Shown here: positions 1 to 9,041 of the stretch, in pieces
Layout: the number at the start of each line of letters is the position of its first letter
Position numbering within the stretch: position 1 is the first letter of the stretch
Source of the DNA: a virus
Direction: 5' to 3' (one strand)
Length of the DNA stretch: 64,000 nucleotides
IMG/VR virus record: IMGVR_UViG_3300032298_001038
Location: 1-64,000 of that record
Position numbers and translations under genes: made by a program
The notes under the pieces: model-generated
Told to the model about the DNA's origin: nothing
Seen by the model: the letters and a program-made list of their open reading frames with translations, nothing else
Databases searched by the model: none

Positions 1-1
1 A

Positions 2-1354
2 CTTTTTCATCAACCCGGCAGACCAGTCCGGATTGAGGAAAGAACTGGATTCCTCCAGCGCCGCATTACGCCGACCCAACGAGGGCCGGTAATTATGCAG
101 CCAGACGACTCGGAGCACCGTCTTGAGTGCCGCGATCTGCTCGTAACGAGCAACCGCGTCGTGGTCGCCCAGCAGGACGACAACACGAACCTTGAAACGA
201 CTCTGGCCAGCGCAAACGTCTTCGTAGATTTTTTTGATCTCGTTGACGTCGCTGGTAACCGGTTTTCCGTTCAGCCACGGGAAGTAGTTCTCGTCGGAGG
301 CTACCTCGCCGTTGCAGTGCGGGAAAACCAGCACGTCGGAGCCAGAAACTCCGGCGTACCCAGCCGCGTTAGCGAGGTCACAGGCGATCTGGGCCTGCTG
401 CTCGCAACTCGGCGAAATGTCTGGAAGAAACAGCGCGACAGGGCGACCACTGACGCTGTCTTCCTTGAGGGCGTTTTGCAACGGACGCCGGACAAGCATC
501 CTGTTAACAAGTTTACGCGCACTCAATACAGGAATCGGACCCAGTTGGGCACCTGAAGTCCCTGCCTGCAAGACAAGCCGATTAATCAGTTCGGCCATCT
601 GACTCCGCAACTTTTGCGGAACACGCCGCAACCTCCCGTGGGAAGTTGTCAGGTGTTTCCGGGCGGAGAGCGAGGGACCCGACTTGCCGGGGACGGGTTT
701 CACCGCCGCCTGCTTGCGCGTCTCTCGCAACAACTTCTTTGCCTGCTGGAGATTCTTTGCGGCCTCAGCAGAGTTCGGGTTCTGCTGCGCAGCCCGCACG
801 GCCTGCCGAAACATCTCCTTAGCCTGCTGCAACACCTGCTGCGGGTGCGGCTGCTGGGGTTGGGCGGGCGCAGAACCGGTTGGCTGCGCACGCGACTGCC
901 CCTGCTGCGGCTGAGATTGCGGGTCAGGCTCGCCGGGGCCGTTCAGGCCGGGAGGCGGTTCCGACTGGCTATCTGAGCCTTGACCGCCCTGCTGCGGTTG
1001 CTGCGGCTGGTCGCCTTCCTGATCCTGCTGCGGCTGCTTTTCAGCGGCCTCGCGTTCCAGTGCGTCTAGAACGTCAGAAAGATCGGATTCGGGACCGTAC
1101 CGCCGCGCCAACGAGTCGATTAAAGACTGCGGGTTAGCAGTGCGGCCAGCGCGGCCACACTCAGCACAACCACACGTGTTCTTAATCAACCCGTTGTTAA
1201 GCACTACACGCCGGAAGCGGTTGTGCCCTGCCACGAAATTGGCCAGCCGGGCCACGGTAGACCGCTCACTGTAAATGTCGTCATCAATGACGGTGCCGCC
1301 GGCACGCCGAGACGCGCTCAGAAACTTCTGCATGTCTCGAAGAGTTAAAGCCAT
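2..1354 (-). CDS. vWA/MIDAS-like partner of MoxR ATPase (runs off window start; not in ORF track)
   Basis: Manual translation from ATG 1354 (SD AAGGAGG) is open to base 2. It has a Q/P-rich linker, then LFLPDISPSC (DxSxS MIDAS-like) and VVVLLGDHD, and lies directly downstream of the AAA+ gene. Confidence 0.65.
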   Translation of the reverse strand, partial: MALTLRDMQKFLSASRRAGGTVIDDDIYSERSTVARLANFVAGHNRFRRVVLNNGLIKNTCGCAECGRAGRTANPQSLIDSLARRYGPESDLSDVLDALEREAAEKQPQQDQEGDQPQQPQQGGQGSDSQSEPPPGLNGPGEPDPQSQPQQGQSRAQPTGSAPAQPQQPHPQQVLQQAKEMFRQAVRAAQQNPNSAEAAKNLQQAKKLLRETRKQAAVKPVPGKSGPSLSARKHLTTSHGRLRRVPQKLRSQMAELINRLVLQAGTSGAQLGPIPVLSARKLVNRMLVRRPLQNALKEDSVSGRPVALFLPDISPSCEQQAQIACDLANAAGYAGVSGSDVLVFPHCNGEVASDENYFPWLNGKPVTSDVNEIKKIYEDVCAGQSRFKVRVVVLLGDHDAVARYEQIAALKTVLRVVWLHNYRPSLGRRNAALEESSSFLNPDWSAGLMKK

Positions 1355-1386
1355 GGGGCATGACCTCCTTTCGTGGCGTGGGTGTA

Positions 1387-1420
1387 GGGGGCGCGATTCC
1401 CGCCACAGAATCGCGCCCCC
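1387..1420 (-). other. 13-bp intergenic hairpin without U-tract
   Basis: GGGGGCGCGATTC / GAATCGCGCCCCC, 8-nt loop, between AAA+ and vWA genes. Confidence 0.6.
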
Positions 1421-1425
1421 ATTAA

Positions 1426-2259
1426 CTACTTCCGACCGAACTCGCCGAACAGGACCGAACCCGGCGATCGAACTTCACGTTCAATCGCGCTGCGGTCCTT
1501 CGGGTCCTTTACGAGGAACCCGTCAATCAGCGCGTCGGTATCCGCCGCGGACTCCACCAAAACACGAGACCGCAGAAGTTCGCGCAACTCCTGAAGACTC
1601 GGCTTGGATTCGCCGCGGGTCCGGATGGCGTTGGCCATGCGAACCACCAGCCGACAGGCCCCGCCGGGCGCACCGGTCGACTTCCGCAGAACGTCGACTT
1701 CGATGTGCTCGGGCAGGAACTCCATGATCACGCGAAAACACCGCCGCTTCACGGCCTCCGGCAAGTCCGTCTCTTCGTTCGCGGTGAGCACGATGAAGAG
1801 CCGGCGCAGGTTGGCCTGATGCATGTGGTGTCGGGCGTCGGGTACCCGACCATGCTGGAGAAAGTCCAGAATGAGCGGGTAGAACCGACTGCCAGCCTTC
1901 TCCACCTCGTCGAGAGTGATCACGACGTCGTGGTGTGCCGTCGCCTTAACAGCGCGCAGCAACTGGCCGTCAAGGTACGCGTCGTCAGCGTGTTCAACGC
2001 CGACCGCGACCTTTCCGATGTCCACACCCTGATTTACCTCTTCATTGGTCAACCACGGGTGGCACGGAATGAAGTAATGCTTGGCCTTCCTGCCGCGCGC
2101 GAAGCACTCGGCAAAGAAGGTCTTTCCAGTTCCGGGCGCGCCCACAAGGAGCGCGGCCCGAACCGTGTCGGTGACGAGGGCCAGCAACTTTGCGGCCAGA
2201 CTCTCGCGACGACGAGCATGGTAGCCGGGCAGCAACGTTTCGATTGCGGACATGCGCAT
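1426..2259 (-). CDS. MoxR-like AAA+ ATPase
   Basis: Walker A GAPGTGKT, Walker B ITLDEVEK, sensor LTAN, R-finger AVKRRC; SD AGGAG. Confidence 0.85.
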   Translation of the reverse strand: MRMSAIETLLPGYHARRRESLAAKLLALVTDTVRAALLVGAPGTGKTFFAECFARGRKAKHYFIPCHPWLTNEEVNQGVDIGKVAVGVEHADDAYLDGQLLRAVKATAHHDVVITLDEVEKAGSRFYPLILDFLQHGRVPDARHHMHQANLRRLFIVLTANEETDLPEAVKRRCFRVIMEFLPEHIEVDVLRKSTGAPGGACRLVVRMANAIRTRGESKPSLQELRELLRSRVLVESAADTDALIDGFLVKDPKDRSAIEREVRSPGSVLFGEFGRK

Positions 2260-2290
2260 CTCCTGTGTGATATAAAGCGTGCACTACAGA

Positions 2291-2318
2291 ATATGCCCGG
2301 ATTTTGCTATTTATTTAG
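2291..2318 (-). promoter_or_regulatory. Phage promoter-like motif CTAAATA-N15-GCATAT
   Basis: Exact motif, 15-nt spacer, about 30 nt upstream of the AAA+ start; 1 of 9 copies. Confidence 0.8.
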
Positions 2319-2326
2319 CACCCCGC

Positions 2327-2360
2327 TGATATCTAAAAAAAGGGCCAACCACGCTGGCCC
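2327..2360 (-). terminator. Intrinsic terminator-like hairpin overlapping TTTAGATATCA element
   Basis: GGGCCA/TGGCCC stem followed by TTTTTTAGATATCA on the minus strand. Confidence 0.7.
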
Positions 2361-2376
2361 TGTGCGTTTCCGAACA

Positions 2377-2772
2377 TCACGCCGGCACCTCAACCGCGAG
2401 GCCGCCGTGCGCGTTTACCACCGCCTCCACAACTTCGACCGGAACCCAGCCGTAGACCGTCTCCGTCGGCTTTTCGGGGGATTCGGCGTACGCCATGAAC
2501 TCCTCGACGCGCTCCGACGGAAACCCGATCTCGACGGCGACCCATGGGCCGATGTTTTCCCGCGGCGAGCAGTACGTGTATTCCGAAGCCTGCGCAGAGA
2601 ATGTTAAACCATCGGCACACCTGATTCTTTTCATCTGGCGCATCATGGGAACTTTGCCTTCCCACGCTTTCGCCCAGTATTCGCCGCTCGCCTGCATCCG
2701 TCGAATTCTGGCGAGGCAGTCTTCGCGAAGATTGCTATCATCAGCCAGATAGTCGTTCAAGTTAAACGTCAT
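2377..2772 (-). CDS. Conserved phage hypothetical protein
   Basis: Start MTFNLND with SD AGGAG; SAQASEYTYCSPR...GFPS...TVYGWVPV motif recalled from phage proteins. Confidence 0.7.
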   Translation of the reverse strand: MTFNLNDYLADDSNLREDCLARIRRMQASGEYWAKAWEGKVPMMRQMKRIRCADGLTFSAQASEYTYCSPRENIGPWVAVEIGFPSERVEEFMAYAESPEKPTETVYGWVPVEVVEAVVNAHGGLAVEVPA

Positions 2773-2805
2773 GCTGAATACTCCTGATAGGTGCAATCGT
2801 CGTAA

Positions 2806-2843
2806 AAGCGCTGGCCCGGAGATTGCGACCCGGGCCAGCGCTT
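2806..2843 (-). terminator. Intrinsic terminator
   Basis: 14-bp perfect stem AAGCGCTGGCCCGG/CCGGGCCAGCGCTT, followed by TTTT on the minus strand. Confidence 0.7.
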
Positions 2844-2859
2844 ACGCTACCATACCGCC

Positions 2860-3381
2860 TCAGTTCTGGCTCGGCTCCCACCGTTTGTGGACCGTACCGC
2901 TGAGGGGCTGCGGAGTAATTGCCGCGGTCTTTGCGACCTTGGCCTTCGCAGCCTCGGCGGCGGCGAACTCCTCGTTTCGCTCCTTCTCCATCTTCTCGCC
3001 GTCAGCAAACAACTGCTCGGCGATGTGGTGAAAGTCGATCGAGGCCATGTACGCCGTGAAGACGCTTTCGGCAAACGTCATCGACGACGCCATCTCGTCG
3101 GCCGCCTTCTTGTGCGCCTCGTCGCCGGTCTCGACGGCGATCCGCATGAGCGTCACGATCTCGTTGAGCGTGCTGGCAATTGACTTGCCAACGACCATGG
3201 TGACCCACAGCCCCATGGCGGCGATCGCATCCCGGCGGTGTTCTTCGCACCACTCGGTCTTGCCCAACTTGTTGCGGCCTTCGAGCGCCATGGCGTACGG
3301 ATGGCCGTCCCACGGAATCTCATCGGCCTTCTTTCGGAACCGCTCCAGCGTGGTCTGCGTCGCCTCGTTAACAGCCTTCAT
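2860..3381 (-). CDS. Hypothetical early protein
   Basis: Start MKAVNE with SD GGAG, downstream of the promoter at 3463. Confidence 0.7.
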   Translation of the reverse strand: MKAVNEATQTTLERFRKKADEIPWDGHPYAMALEGRNKLGKTEWCEEHRRDAIAAMGLWVTMVVGKSIASTLNEIVTLMRIAVETGDEAHKKAADEMASSMTFAESVFTAYMASIDFHHIAEQLFADGEKMEKERNEEFAAAEAAKAKVAKTAAITPQPLSGTVHKRWEPSQN

Positions 3382-3462
3382 GTGGTAGTCTCCACCGCGC
3401 AGTGGAAATGGGATCGGCGGCGGTTGCGCGACCGTACGCCGATAAAAAACGTGCACTACCTA

Positions 3463-3490
3463 ATATGCCCGGATTTTGCCCGGTATTTAG
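3463..3490 (-). promoter_or_regulatory. Promoter-like motif CTAAATA-N15-GCATAT
   Basis: Exact motif; shares extended identity with the 2291 copy. Confidence 0.8.
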
Positions 3491-3544
3491 GGTGTTACGA
3501 AACGTCGGCCCAAATGATTCAGGGCAGAGGTTTTGTCACATTTT

Positions 3545-3689
3545 CGCAATTCGCGAATTGCGTAAATCTTTGTCGCGCAAAGAGTTGCGACGAAAAAAAG
3601 TATTTTGACGCAAGTGTTTGATACGCAAAGACTTAGAGCGAATAGGTAATACCCGCACGCTCTAAGTGCTTACGCCGCAAACACTTGCG
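3545..3689. repeat. 18-bp palindrome plus three 29-bp 11-7-11 imperfect palindromic sites
   Basis: CGCAATTCGCGAATTGCG at 3545-3562; sites at 3561, 3609 and 3661 with arm consensus YSYAARTSYTT. Confidence 0.75.
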
Positions 3690-3726
3690 ACAAATGTTCC
3701 ATATTCCAGAAAACGGAACGTCAACT

Positions 3727-4716
3727 TCAATACCGGATACGGATCGCGTCGGTATAGGCACTGTACTTGTAGTTCGACGTGACTTCGCCGTAGCAGCCCT
3801 CAAGGTTGATGCTGGCCTTCGTCGCGCGAACCCACTCCCGATAAGCCTGCCAGCGCGCTTGGCCGGCACGCTCGTAAGCGGCTTCCTTGTTCTGGTCGTC
3901 TACCTGAATACCGCCGGCGGAGTATGACAGTTGATTGCGCCTGAATTGCTCCGCCACCATAAAGAACAGGTTGGCGCAAATACCCTCCAACCAATGATAT
4001 CTAAACGGGAAGTTCTTGGTCGTAAATGTGCGGATCGGCGGCGGTATCTCATTCCAATACATCACCGGGCGGCCAATAGCCAGCGCGATCTCGGCGTCGT
4101 CGAACATCAGGTGCTCAAGCAGGTAACTCTCGCTCGGAGCCGAGTCGCGCAAATGTAGGCGAATCTCGGCGATGCTGGGCGGACCGCTATTTAACCCGCT
4201 GCGGCTGTCGAAGGCGCTGCGGTTAATAATGACGTAAAACGTGTTCGAGAATACGACGCACGGCAAACCAGCCTCTTCAGCCGGGATGTTGATCAGTGCC
4301 ATCTCGCCGTAAAAGATGCCCGGGATGCCGACCAGATTCTTGGTGAGTGCGACTTCAACTTGCCCCGTCGCGGCGGCGACGATGGTCGCGTCAACTTGAA
4401 CAACGGGAGAAGTGTTGCTGAGCGCAATTTGGTCGCGAAGGCGTAAAACGACCTTCATGGGCAATTCATCGCAGGCCGACATATCCACAGGGAGGCCGTC
4501 TTTGTCGTGCATTTGCCACTGAATCGTGGCGCACTGGCCTTGGGTGATCGAGATAGCCCGCATGCGCGTGAGCACAGGCTGGCCGTTTTGTGACGATACC
4601 GGTGCGCTAACAATACTTTGCCCGGCGCAAGAGACTGGCGTCAATACGGGCGCGGTATTGCGGTTGTCGCAGCACTGTTCGAGGGCGTGAGACGTGGGTG
4701 TGGCGATGACGGCCAT
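3727..4716 (-). CDS. Putative head-tail adaptor/neck protein with N-terminal Ig-like domain
   Basis: Position downstream of MCP; beta-rich N-half; helical C-half with LSYSAGGIQVDDQNK typical of neck proteins. Confidence 0.5.
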   Translation of the reverse strand: MAVIATPTSHALEQCCDNRNTAPVLTPVSCAGQSIVSAPVSSQNGQPVLTRMRAISITQGQCATIQWQMHDKDGLPVDMSACDELPMKVVLRLRDQIALSNTSPVVQVDATIVAAATGQVEVALTKNLVGIPGIFYGEMALINIPAEEAGLPCVVFSNTFYVIINRSAFDSRSGLNSGPPSIAEIRLHLRDSAPSESYLLEHLMFDDAEIALAIGRPVMYWNEIPPPIRTFTTKNFPFRYHWLEGICANLFFMVAEQFRRNQLSYSAGGIQVDDQNKEAAYERAGQARWQAYREWVRATKASINLEGCYGEVTSNYKYSAYTDAIRIRY

Positions 4717-4750
4717 GAATGCTCTCCCGTTTTAGTTAAGTATACAAACA

Positions 4751-4783
4751 GAAAGGGCCGGCCGATAATCGGCCAGCCCTTTC
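4751..4783 (-). terminator. Intrinsic terminator after head operon
   Basis: GAAAGGGC-GGCCGA / TCGGCC-GCCCTTTC hairpin, followed by TTTCTGTTTG. Confidence 0.75.
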
Positions 4784-4807
4784 ACGTTTAACACTGCTAG
4801 ATACGAA

Positions 4808-5203
4808 TCAAGCGCCGGCCGGGCCGGTCGCGCCGGTCGCGCCAGTCGCACCGACAGTGGCAACGAAGTTATCGTTGCCGGTGCCCTGCCACGACGGGTT
4901 GTTGACACCAAGCACGCCGGTGGCGTTCATGGCAACTTCCCGAGTGGTGCTGCCGGTCACGCTCAGCAGGTAAACCGACGGCGACTTGACGATATCCAGC
5001 ATATTTTCTGTGAGCGCGCGTTCCAGCGCCTTGAACTTCCGCTGGCTGCGTTGCGCACCCAGTTTGGTCACAAGGTCGCCGGGAACGGTGTAAGTAGCGT
5101 TGTTTTCTAACGTCTTACCGTGCGCTCCCAGAAAACCGAACGTAAGGGTCTTACCCGAGACGTTCTTTACAGTCGTGTAAAGATCAGTTGTAGTAGTCGG
5201 CAT
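4808..5203 (-). CDS. Virion structural protein with short C-terminal collagen-like G-X-Y run
   Basis: In head operon; ends GATGATGATGPAGA. Confidence 0.6.
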   Translation of the reverse strand: MPTTTTDLYTTVKNVSGKTLTFGFLGAHGKTLENNATYTVPGDLVTKLGAQRSQRKFKALERALTENMLDIVKSPSVYLLSVTGSTTREVAMNATGVLGVNNPSWQGTGNDNFVATVGATGATGATGPAGA

Positions 5204-5218
5204 TTTTTACTCCATTCT

Positions 5219-5611
5219 TCAAGATGCGGATTGCATAGCCGCGGCGGCCGCGGCTTGCAGGGTCAATACAGCGTCGGCAATTTCGGGTTGGCCGGCGGCG
5301 AGAGCGGCCACGTCGTGAAACGCAGCCTGCTTCTCGTCGCCGCCATTTGTACCCGACGCCGCCGCGAGGACCGCATCCAGTTGCTGATTTACAGCAGCCA
5401 GACCACTGTGCCTTGCCGCAGCGGTTTTTTCCTGCTCAGCCGTATAGAGCACATGAAGTTTCTGGGCAGCGGTCCACATTTCCGTGGCTTCGGCTTCCGA
5501 CGCGGGCGTGATGCCGTGCGCCGAAAGTTTTTCAAAGAAATATGGGGCGGCAAGTTGCGTCACAACCGTGGCGTAAGCCTGCTCTGCCGCTTGCTTAACA
5601 GTATCAGACAT
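5219..5611 (-). CDS. Ala-rich head-associated protein with K-x-A motifs
   Basis: SD AAAGGAG; VKQA, EKTA and EKQA motifs. Confidence 0.65.
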   Translation of the reverse strand: MSDTVKQAAEQAYATVVTQLAAPYFFEKLSAHGITPASEAEATEMWTAAQKLHVLYTAEQEKTAAARHSGLAAVNQQLDAVLAAASGTNGGDEKQAAFHDVAALAAGQPEIADAVLTLQAAAAAAMQSAS

Positions 5612-5640
5612 GATTAGTGCTCCTTTGGTATTTATACGGC

Positions 5641-6567
5641 TCAGACAAACGTTACCTTCGCCAAACCATTCGTGTGGCCGAACGAGCCGCCTTGCGTGTT
5701 GTACGCAAAGTACTCAAGCATGAACGCTTCACGACGGATGTACATCGTGGTCGGTTCCAGTTCGTAGTTCTTGCCGATGAACTTCGGCGAGGCGAACATG
5801 TACAGCACATCGTTCGGAACGAGGTTCCGCTTGATCGTCACGATCCAGCGGCAGTTGAGGAAGTTCGTCTCCGCCCAACCGTTCTTGATGATGTCCTGCG
5901 AGAAATCACCGCCCATCTCGTCGCGGCCGAACTTCAGCAGTTCCTTGATGGTGATGTTATTCACCAAGCAAGTCTCCACTTCGAAGTGGCTGGGCGTCGA
6001 GGGCATAACCTTCAGGGCGTCAACGATCGTCTCGCGGGTGATCCCGCCCGAGATCGTGACGTTCTGCGGCACGCCGGACAGCGCGTTGTTGGTGTCGGCA
6101 GTACCGACGGCCACGTCGAGCGCCGTGATGAACTTGGAGTCCTCTTCGGCCAGCATGTCCTTGATCATGTTGTCCGACAGAACCTGACGGATGTCGATGA
6201 CGTACGTGCGCAGTTCGTCAACGTCCTTAACAGCGCGGGGCGACACGATCCGGTCAAACATGACGCGGTAGCGCGGGCCACGGATGTAGAAGTTGATCGG
6301 AAGCGTCGCGAACGGGAGCGACACGGCCGCCGGGGAATCGGGTTCCTTGTCGACAACCTTCACCGGCTTGTCCGTGTCAACCTGACGATCGAGTTCGTCG
6401 TTGGTGATGGTCAGCGGGGGAAGAATACGACGGTAGAACCCGTCTTCACGCATCTTGGTGCGCGTGAAGTCATTAACCGCATCAATGGCCTGCTTCTGCA
6501 TGCCGGGGGTATCAAGTTGCTCAAAAAGCGTCTCGTTGAGCAGTTGAACTTCTTGCTGAGTGGGCAT
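5641..6567 (-). CDS. Major capsid protein (HK97/encapsulin-like fold)
   Basis: About 308 aa, downstream of protease, scaffold and decoration genes; HK97-like pattern (spine-helix region QVLSDNMIKDMLAEEDSKFI, C-terminal beta strands). The start is likely MPTQQ, not MEV. Confidence 0.8.
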   Translation of the reverse strand: MPTQQEVQLLNETLFEQLDTPGMQKQAIDAVNDFTRTKMREDGFYRRILPPLTITNDELDRQVDTDKPVKVVDKEPDSPAAVSLPFATLPINFYIRGPRYRVMFDRIVSPRAVKDVDELRTYVIDIRQVLSDNMIKDMLAEEDSKFITALDVAVGTADTNNALSGVPQNVTISGGITRETIVDALKVMPSTPSHFEVETCLVNNITIKELLKFGRDEMGGDFSQDIIKNGWAETNFLNCRWIVTIKRNLVPNDVLYMFASPKFIGKNYELEPTTMYIRREAFMLEYFAYNTQGGSFGHTNGLAKVTFV

Positions 6568-6571
6568 TGTA

Positions 6572-6587
6572 AAGACCTCCATGTCTT
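6572..6587 (-). promoter_or_regulatory. CsrA/RsmA-type hairpin over the MCP Shine-Dalgarno
   Basis: AAGAC-ATGGAG-GTCTT. Confidence 0.6.
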
Positions 6588-6605
6588 CTATTAGGGTTGG
6601 TTAGT

Positions 6606-7199
6606 TCAGGCTTCCCAATCGGTAGCGCCGGGGAGCCAGACGCACCAGAACGAGAGGGCATCAATTCCATTGTGGTTAGTAGCGACACCGCTGGACACCA
6701 CGCCGACCACCGGCGTCTCAAACTGCGTGACACCCTCGTTCGTCAGGCGGCCATCGGTGGCAGCCGGGGAAGCGGTGGTTGTGGCAGTCAGAAGTTGACC
6801 GGGCACGTAGGTGGTCTCGGTGGCCACGAACTCCGTCGAGGAGATTTCGTAACCGCCCGTGGCCACGAGGCCGGACATCTTTCCAGTCGGGGCGACAGCA
6901 ATGTGCATGAAGTTGGCAGCGGTCTGCGTGGCGTTGGCACCGCCAGCGCCTTGACCCTGACCCCAACCCGGATTGCTGACGTCAGCGTCTTCGCTGCCGT
7001 TGAGCAGGAAGATGGCAACGTTCGTCTGGTGAACACCGGGGACGAAATTGCCGTTAGAGTCAACGTGCACGACGCGACCGCGCTTTACAACGAAGTCAAC
7101 GTCGGGGGACAACTTCGCTGCGTAATCCAGCGAAGCCATGTCGAACCAGCCCTTCTTTACGTCAAGGCCGTGAGTGAACATTTGCTCAGGAGCAGGCAT
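6606..7199 (-). CDS. Putative capsid decoration/cement protein
   Basis: Immediately upstream of MCP; Gly/beta-rich, 197 aa. Confidence 0.5.
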   Translation of the reverse strand: MPAPEQMFTHGLDVKKGWFDMASLDYAAKLSPDVDFVVKRGRVVHVDSNGNFVPGVHQTNVAIFLLNGSEDADVSNPGWGQGQGAGGANATQTAANFMHIAVAPTGKMSGLVATGGYEISSTEFVATETTYVPGQLLTATTTASPAATDGRLTNEGVTQFETPVVGVVSSGVATNHNGIDALSFWCVWLPGATDWEA

Positions 7200-7201
7200 T
7201 G

Positions 7202-7219
7202 TTAGACCTCCATGTCTAA
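7202..7219 (-). promoter_or_regulatory. CsrA/RsmA-type hairpin over SD
   Basis: TTAGAC-ATGGAG-GTCTAA. Confidence 0.6.
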
Positions 7220-7234
7220 AGAGTTATATTCCAA

Positions 7235-7660
7235 TCAGGTAGTGGGCGGATTGAGACCGAGACCAGTGAACAACTTAATGTCGCTGGCCTTGAGGCGACC
7301 ATCGCGGGCACCCACATACCCGCTCGTCAAACTTTTCTCGGGGTCATAGGAAGCAGCCTTCTGCTGACCCACGGGTGTGCCAAGTCGCGCCATCTCGGCG
7401 GCGTTCTTGTGGCCGGCGAGTTTGACGACAAGTTCCATCGCGCGCACCGGATCGTGAAGCGCCTTTTCGAGGGCTTCCTTCTGGTGGGCTTCGATACGTT
7501 CATGTTCAACGCAGGCTTCAACGGCAGCCGGAATAAGCGAGGCCAACTTCTCAGCCTGCTCTTCCTGCGCCTTGATCGCCGCGGCGGCCTTCGTCAGCGC
7601 CGCATCGGAATAACCGATGTAGTCGATGACCTTCTGTACAAGCGTGTTCTTATCGGACAT
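7235..7660 (-). CDS. Helical head-assembly protein
   Basis: In head operon; K-x-A motifs; SD within a CACGGAGG hairpin at 7663-7683. Confidence 0.65.
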   Translation of the reverse strand: MSDKNTLVQKVIDYIGYSDAALTKAAAAIKAQEEQAEKLASLIPAAVEACVEHERIEAHQKEALEKALHDPVRAMELVVKLAGHKNAAEMARLGTPVGQQKAASYDPEKSLTSGYVGARDGRLKASDIKLFTGLGLNPPTT

Positions 7661-7678
7661 TTGATAAACCTCCGTGAC

Positions 7679-8995
7679 TTATCGGTTAACGAGTTCCAGA
7701 ACGTGCTGCTTCATGACGTCACGGAGTTGGCGCGAACGCTTGGTGCGCGCTTCCTTGACCTGAAACTTGCCGGCACGCTTGAAATTTACAACGGCACGAC
7801 CGATGGCGTTAAGGTCGTTGGCAGCGGCCATCTTCGGGCCGGCTTCCATACCGCCCATTTCGCCACCACCAGCGCCACCTTCGGCAACGGCTTGCAGAAG
7901 CGCCTCGGGCGGGATGCCGAGTTCTTCAAGCGCCATGGCCAGTTCTTGAACGGCTTCTTCGTCGCTCGGCTCGCCGCCCGCGTCGCCTTCAAGCCCTTCG
8001 GCTCCTTCAGGAGCGCCACCCATCATGGCTTCCATACCGCCCTCGGGGGCCGGGGGAGCGTCGCTGGCGCCTGACGCGGCGTCACCGGCAGCGCTGTGGT
8101 CTTCACCGGCAGCGGCTTCGTCGGTCACGTCGGCGTTGGCTTGCTTAGCGGACAAAAAACCGATCAGAAGATCAGCCATCTCGTCGGCTTCGCGAAGCGT
8201 GTTAGCGCAAACTTCACGAACAGCGGCCTCAGCCGCCTCCTTCTCGACGCCGAGAGTGGCGGCGAGTTCGTAACCAGCGTCGTACGCGGCGGCCTTGCCA
8301 GCGCGCAACGAGGCGAGATCAGAACCCTCGATTTTGCCGTCATTGTCGACGTCCAGTTTGTGCTGGTCGCCCTTCAGGTTGCCTTTGCTTTTGTGCTCGG
8401 ACTTTTCTTCATCCGACTCTTCCGACTTCGACTCGCCCTTCTCGTGAAGAGCCTTGGCGAGCGCCGGAGGCATTTCGGCTTGCTTCAGATTCGCGGTGCC
8501 AAAGTTAATCAGGTTGGCAAGGATGTCGTTGCCAAGGTTGCTGCAAGCATCGCGGGCTTGCTTGAACGACACGCTGCTGTACTTCTCGCCGTCGTTGGTC
8601 TTGGCGGGATGCGACGTGCCCGGGTCATCCTTCGTTCCCTTGTAATCCTTTTCAGCGGCCGGGTCTTCGCCGGTGGCCTTGGCGTTCGTGCCGATGTTTA
8701 ACTGCACGTCGTCCTGCCGGCCGTCCTGCGACATCTCGGGGGTGTTGTCAACCGAGAGCGCGCCCTGCTGTTGCTTGATGTCGGCTTCGTACTCGCGGGC
8801 ACGCTCGCCTTCCGGGGCGTCCTGCACGTCGTTACCAACACTTACGGACGGATGCGTCGAAGCGCCTTGATATCCACCCGGATCAGCGGGGACGGGGCCA
8901 GCCTTCTTTTCAGCGGCGGCCTTGACCGAACTCTGCGAAATCTCTTCCGCGAGAGCATTAAGTTGAGCGAAAAGGGAACGTTGCATCCGTGCCAT
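7679..8995 (-). CDS. Putative scaffold protein (acidic, low complexity, many K-x-A sites, EF-hand-like loop)
   Basis: Between protease and MCP; very D/E/A/G-rich; DVDNDGKIEGSD loop. Confidence 0.6.
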   Translation of the reverse strand: MARMQRSLFAQLNALAEEISQSSVKAAAEKKAGPVPADPGGYQGASTHPSVSVGNDVQDAPEGERAREYEADIKQQQGALSVDNTPEMSQDGRQDDVQLNIGTNAKATGEDPAAEKDYKGTKDDPGTSHPAKTNDGEKYSSVSFKQARDACSNLGNDILANLINFGTANLKQAEMPPALAKALHEKGESKSEESDEEKSEHKSKGNLKGDQHKLDVDNDGKIEGSDLASLRAGKAAAYDAGYELAATLGVEKEAAEAAVREVCANTLREADEMADLLIGFLSAKQANADVTDEAAAGEDHSAAGDAASGASDAPPAPEGGMEAMMGGAPEGAEGLEGDAGGEPSDEEAVQELAMALEELGIPPEALLQAVAEGGAGGGEMGGMEAGPKMAAANDLNAIGRAVVNFKRAGKFQVKEARTKRSRQLRDVMKQHVLELVNR

Positions 8996-9041
8996 GTTTA
9001 TCTCCTTTGAGGCCTAACCGTTATGAACGATTAGCGTCGTT

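Noticed and set aside
4808-4860. Collagen-like fibre domain
   Set aside because: Only 4-5 G-X-Y triplets, too short to call a collagen domain.
5641-6567. Encapsulin nanocompartment with ferritin cargo
   Set aside because: Context is protease-scaffold-decoration-MCP-adaptor, and the ferritin-like gene is 35 kb away.
5617-6594. Long plus-strand ORFs (also 1705-2607, 23674-24612, 37282-38307, 56489-57547, 57532-58473)
   Set aside because: Antisense shadows of GC-rich minus-strand genes; no SD sites or recognisable motifs.
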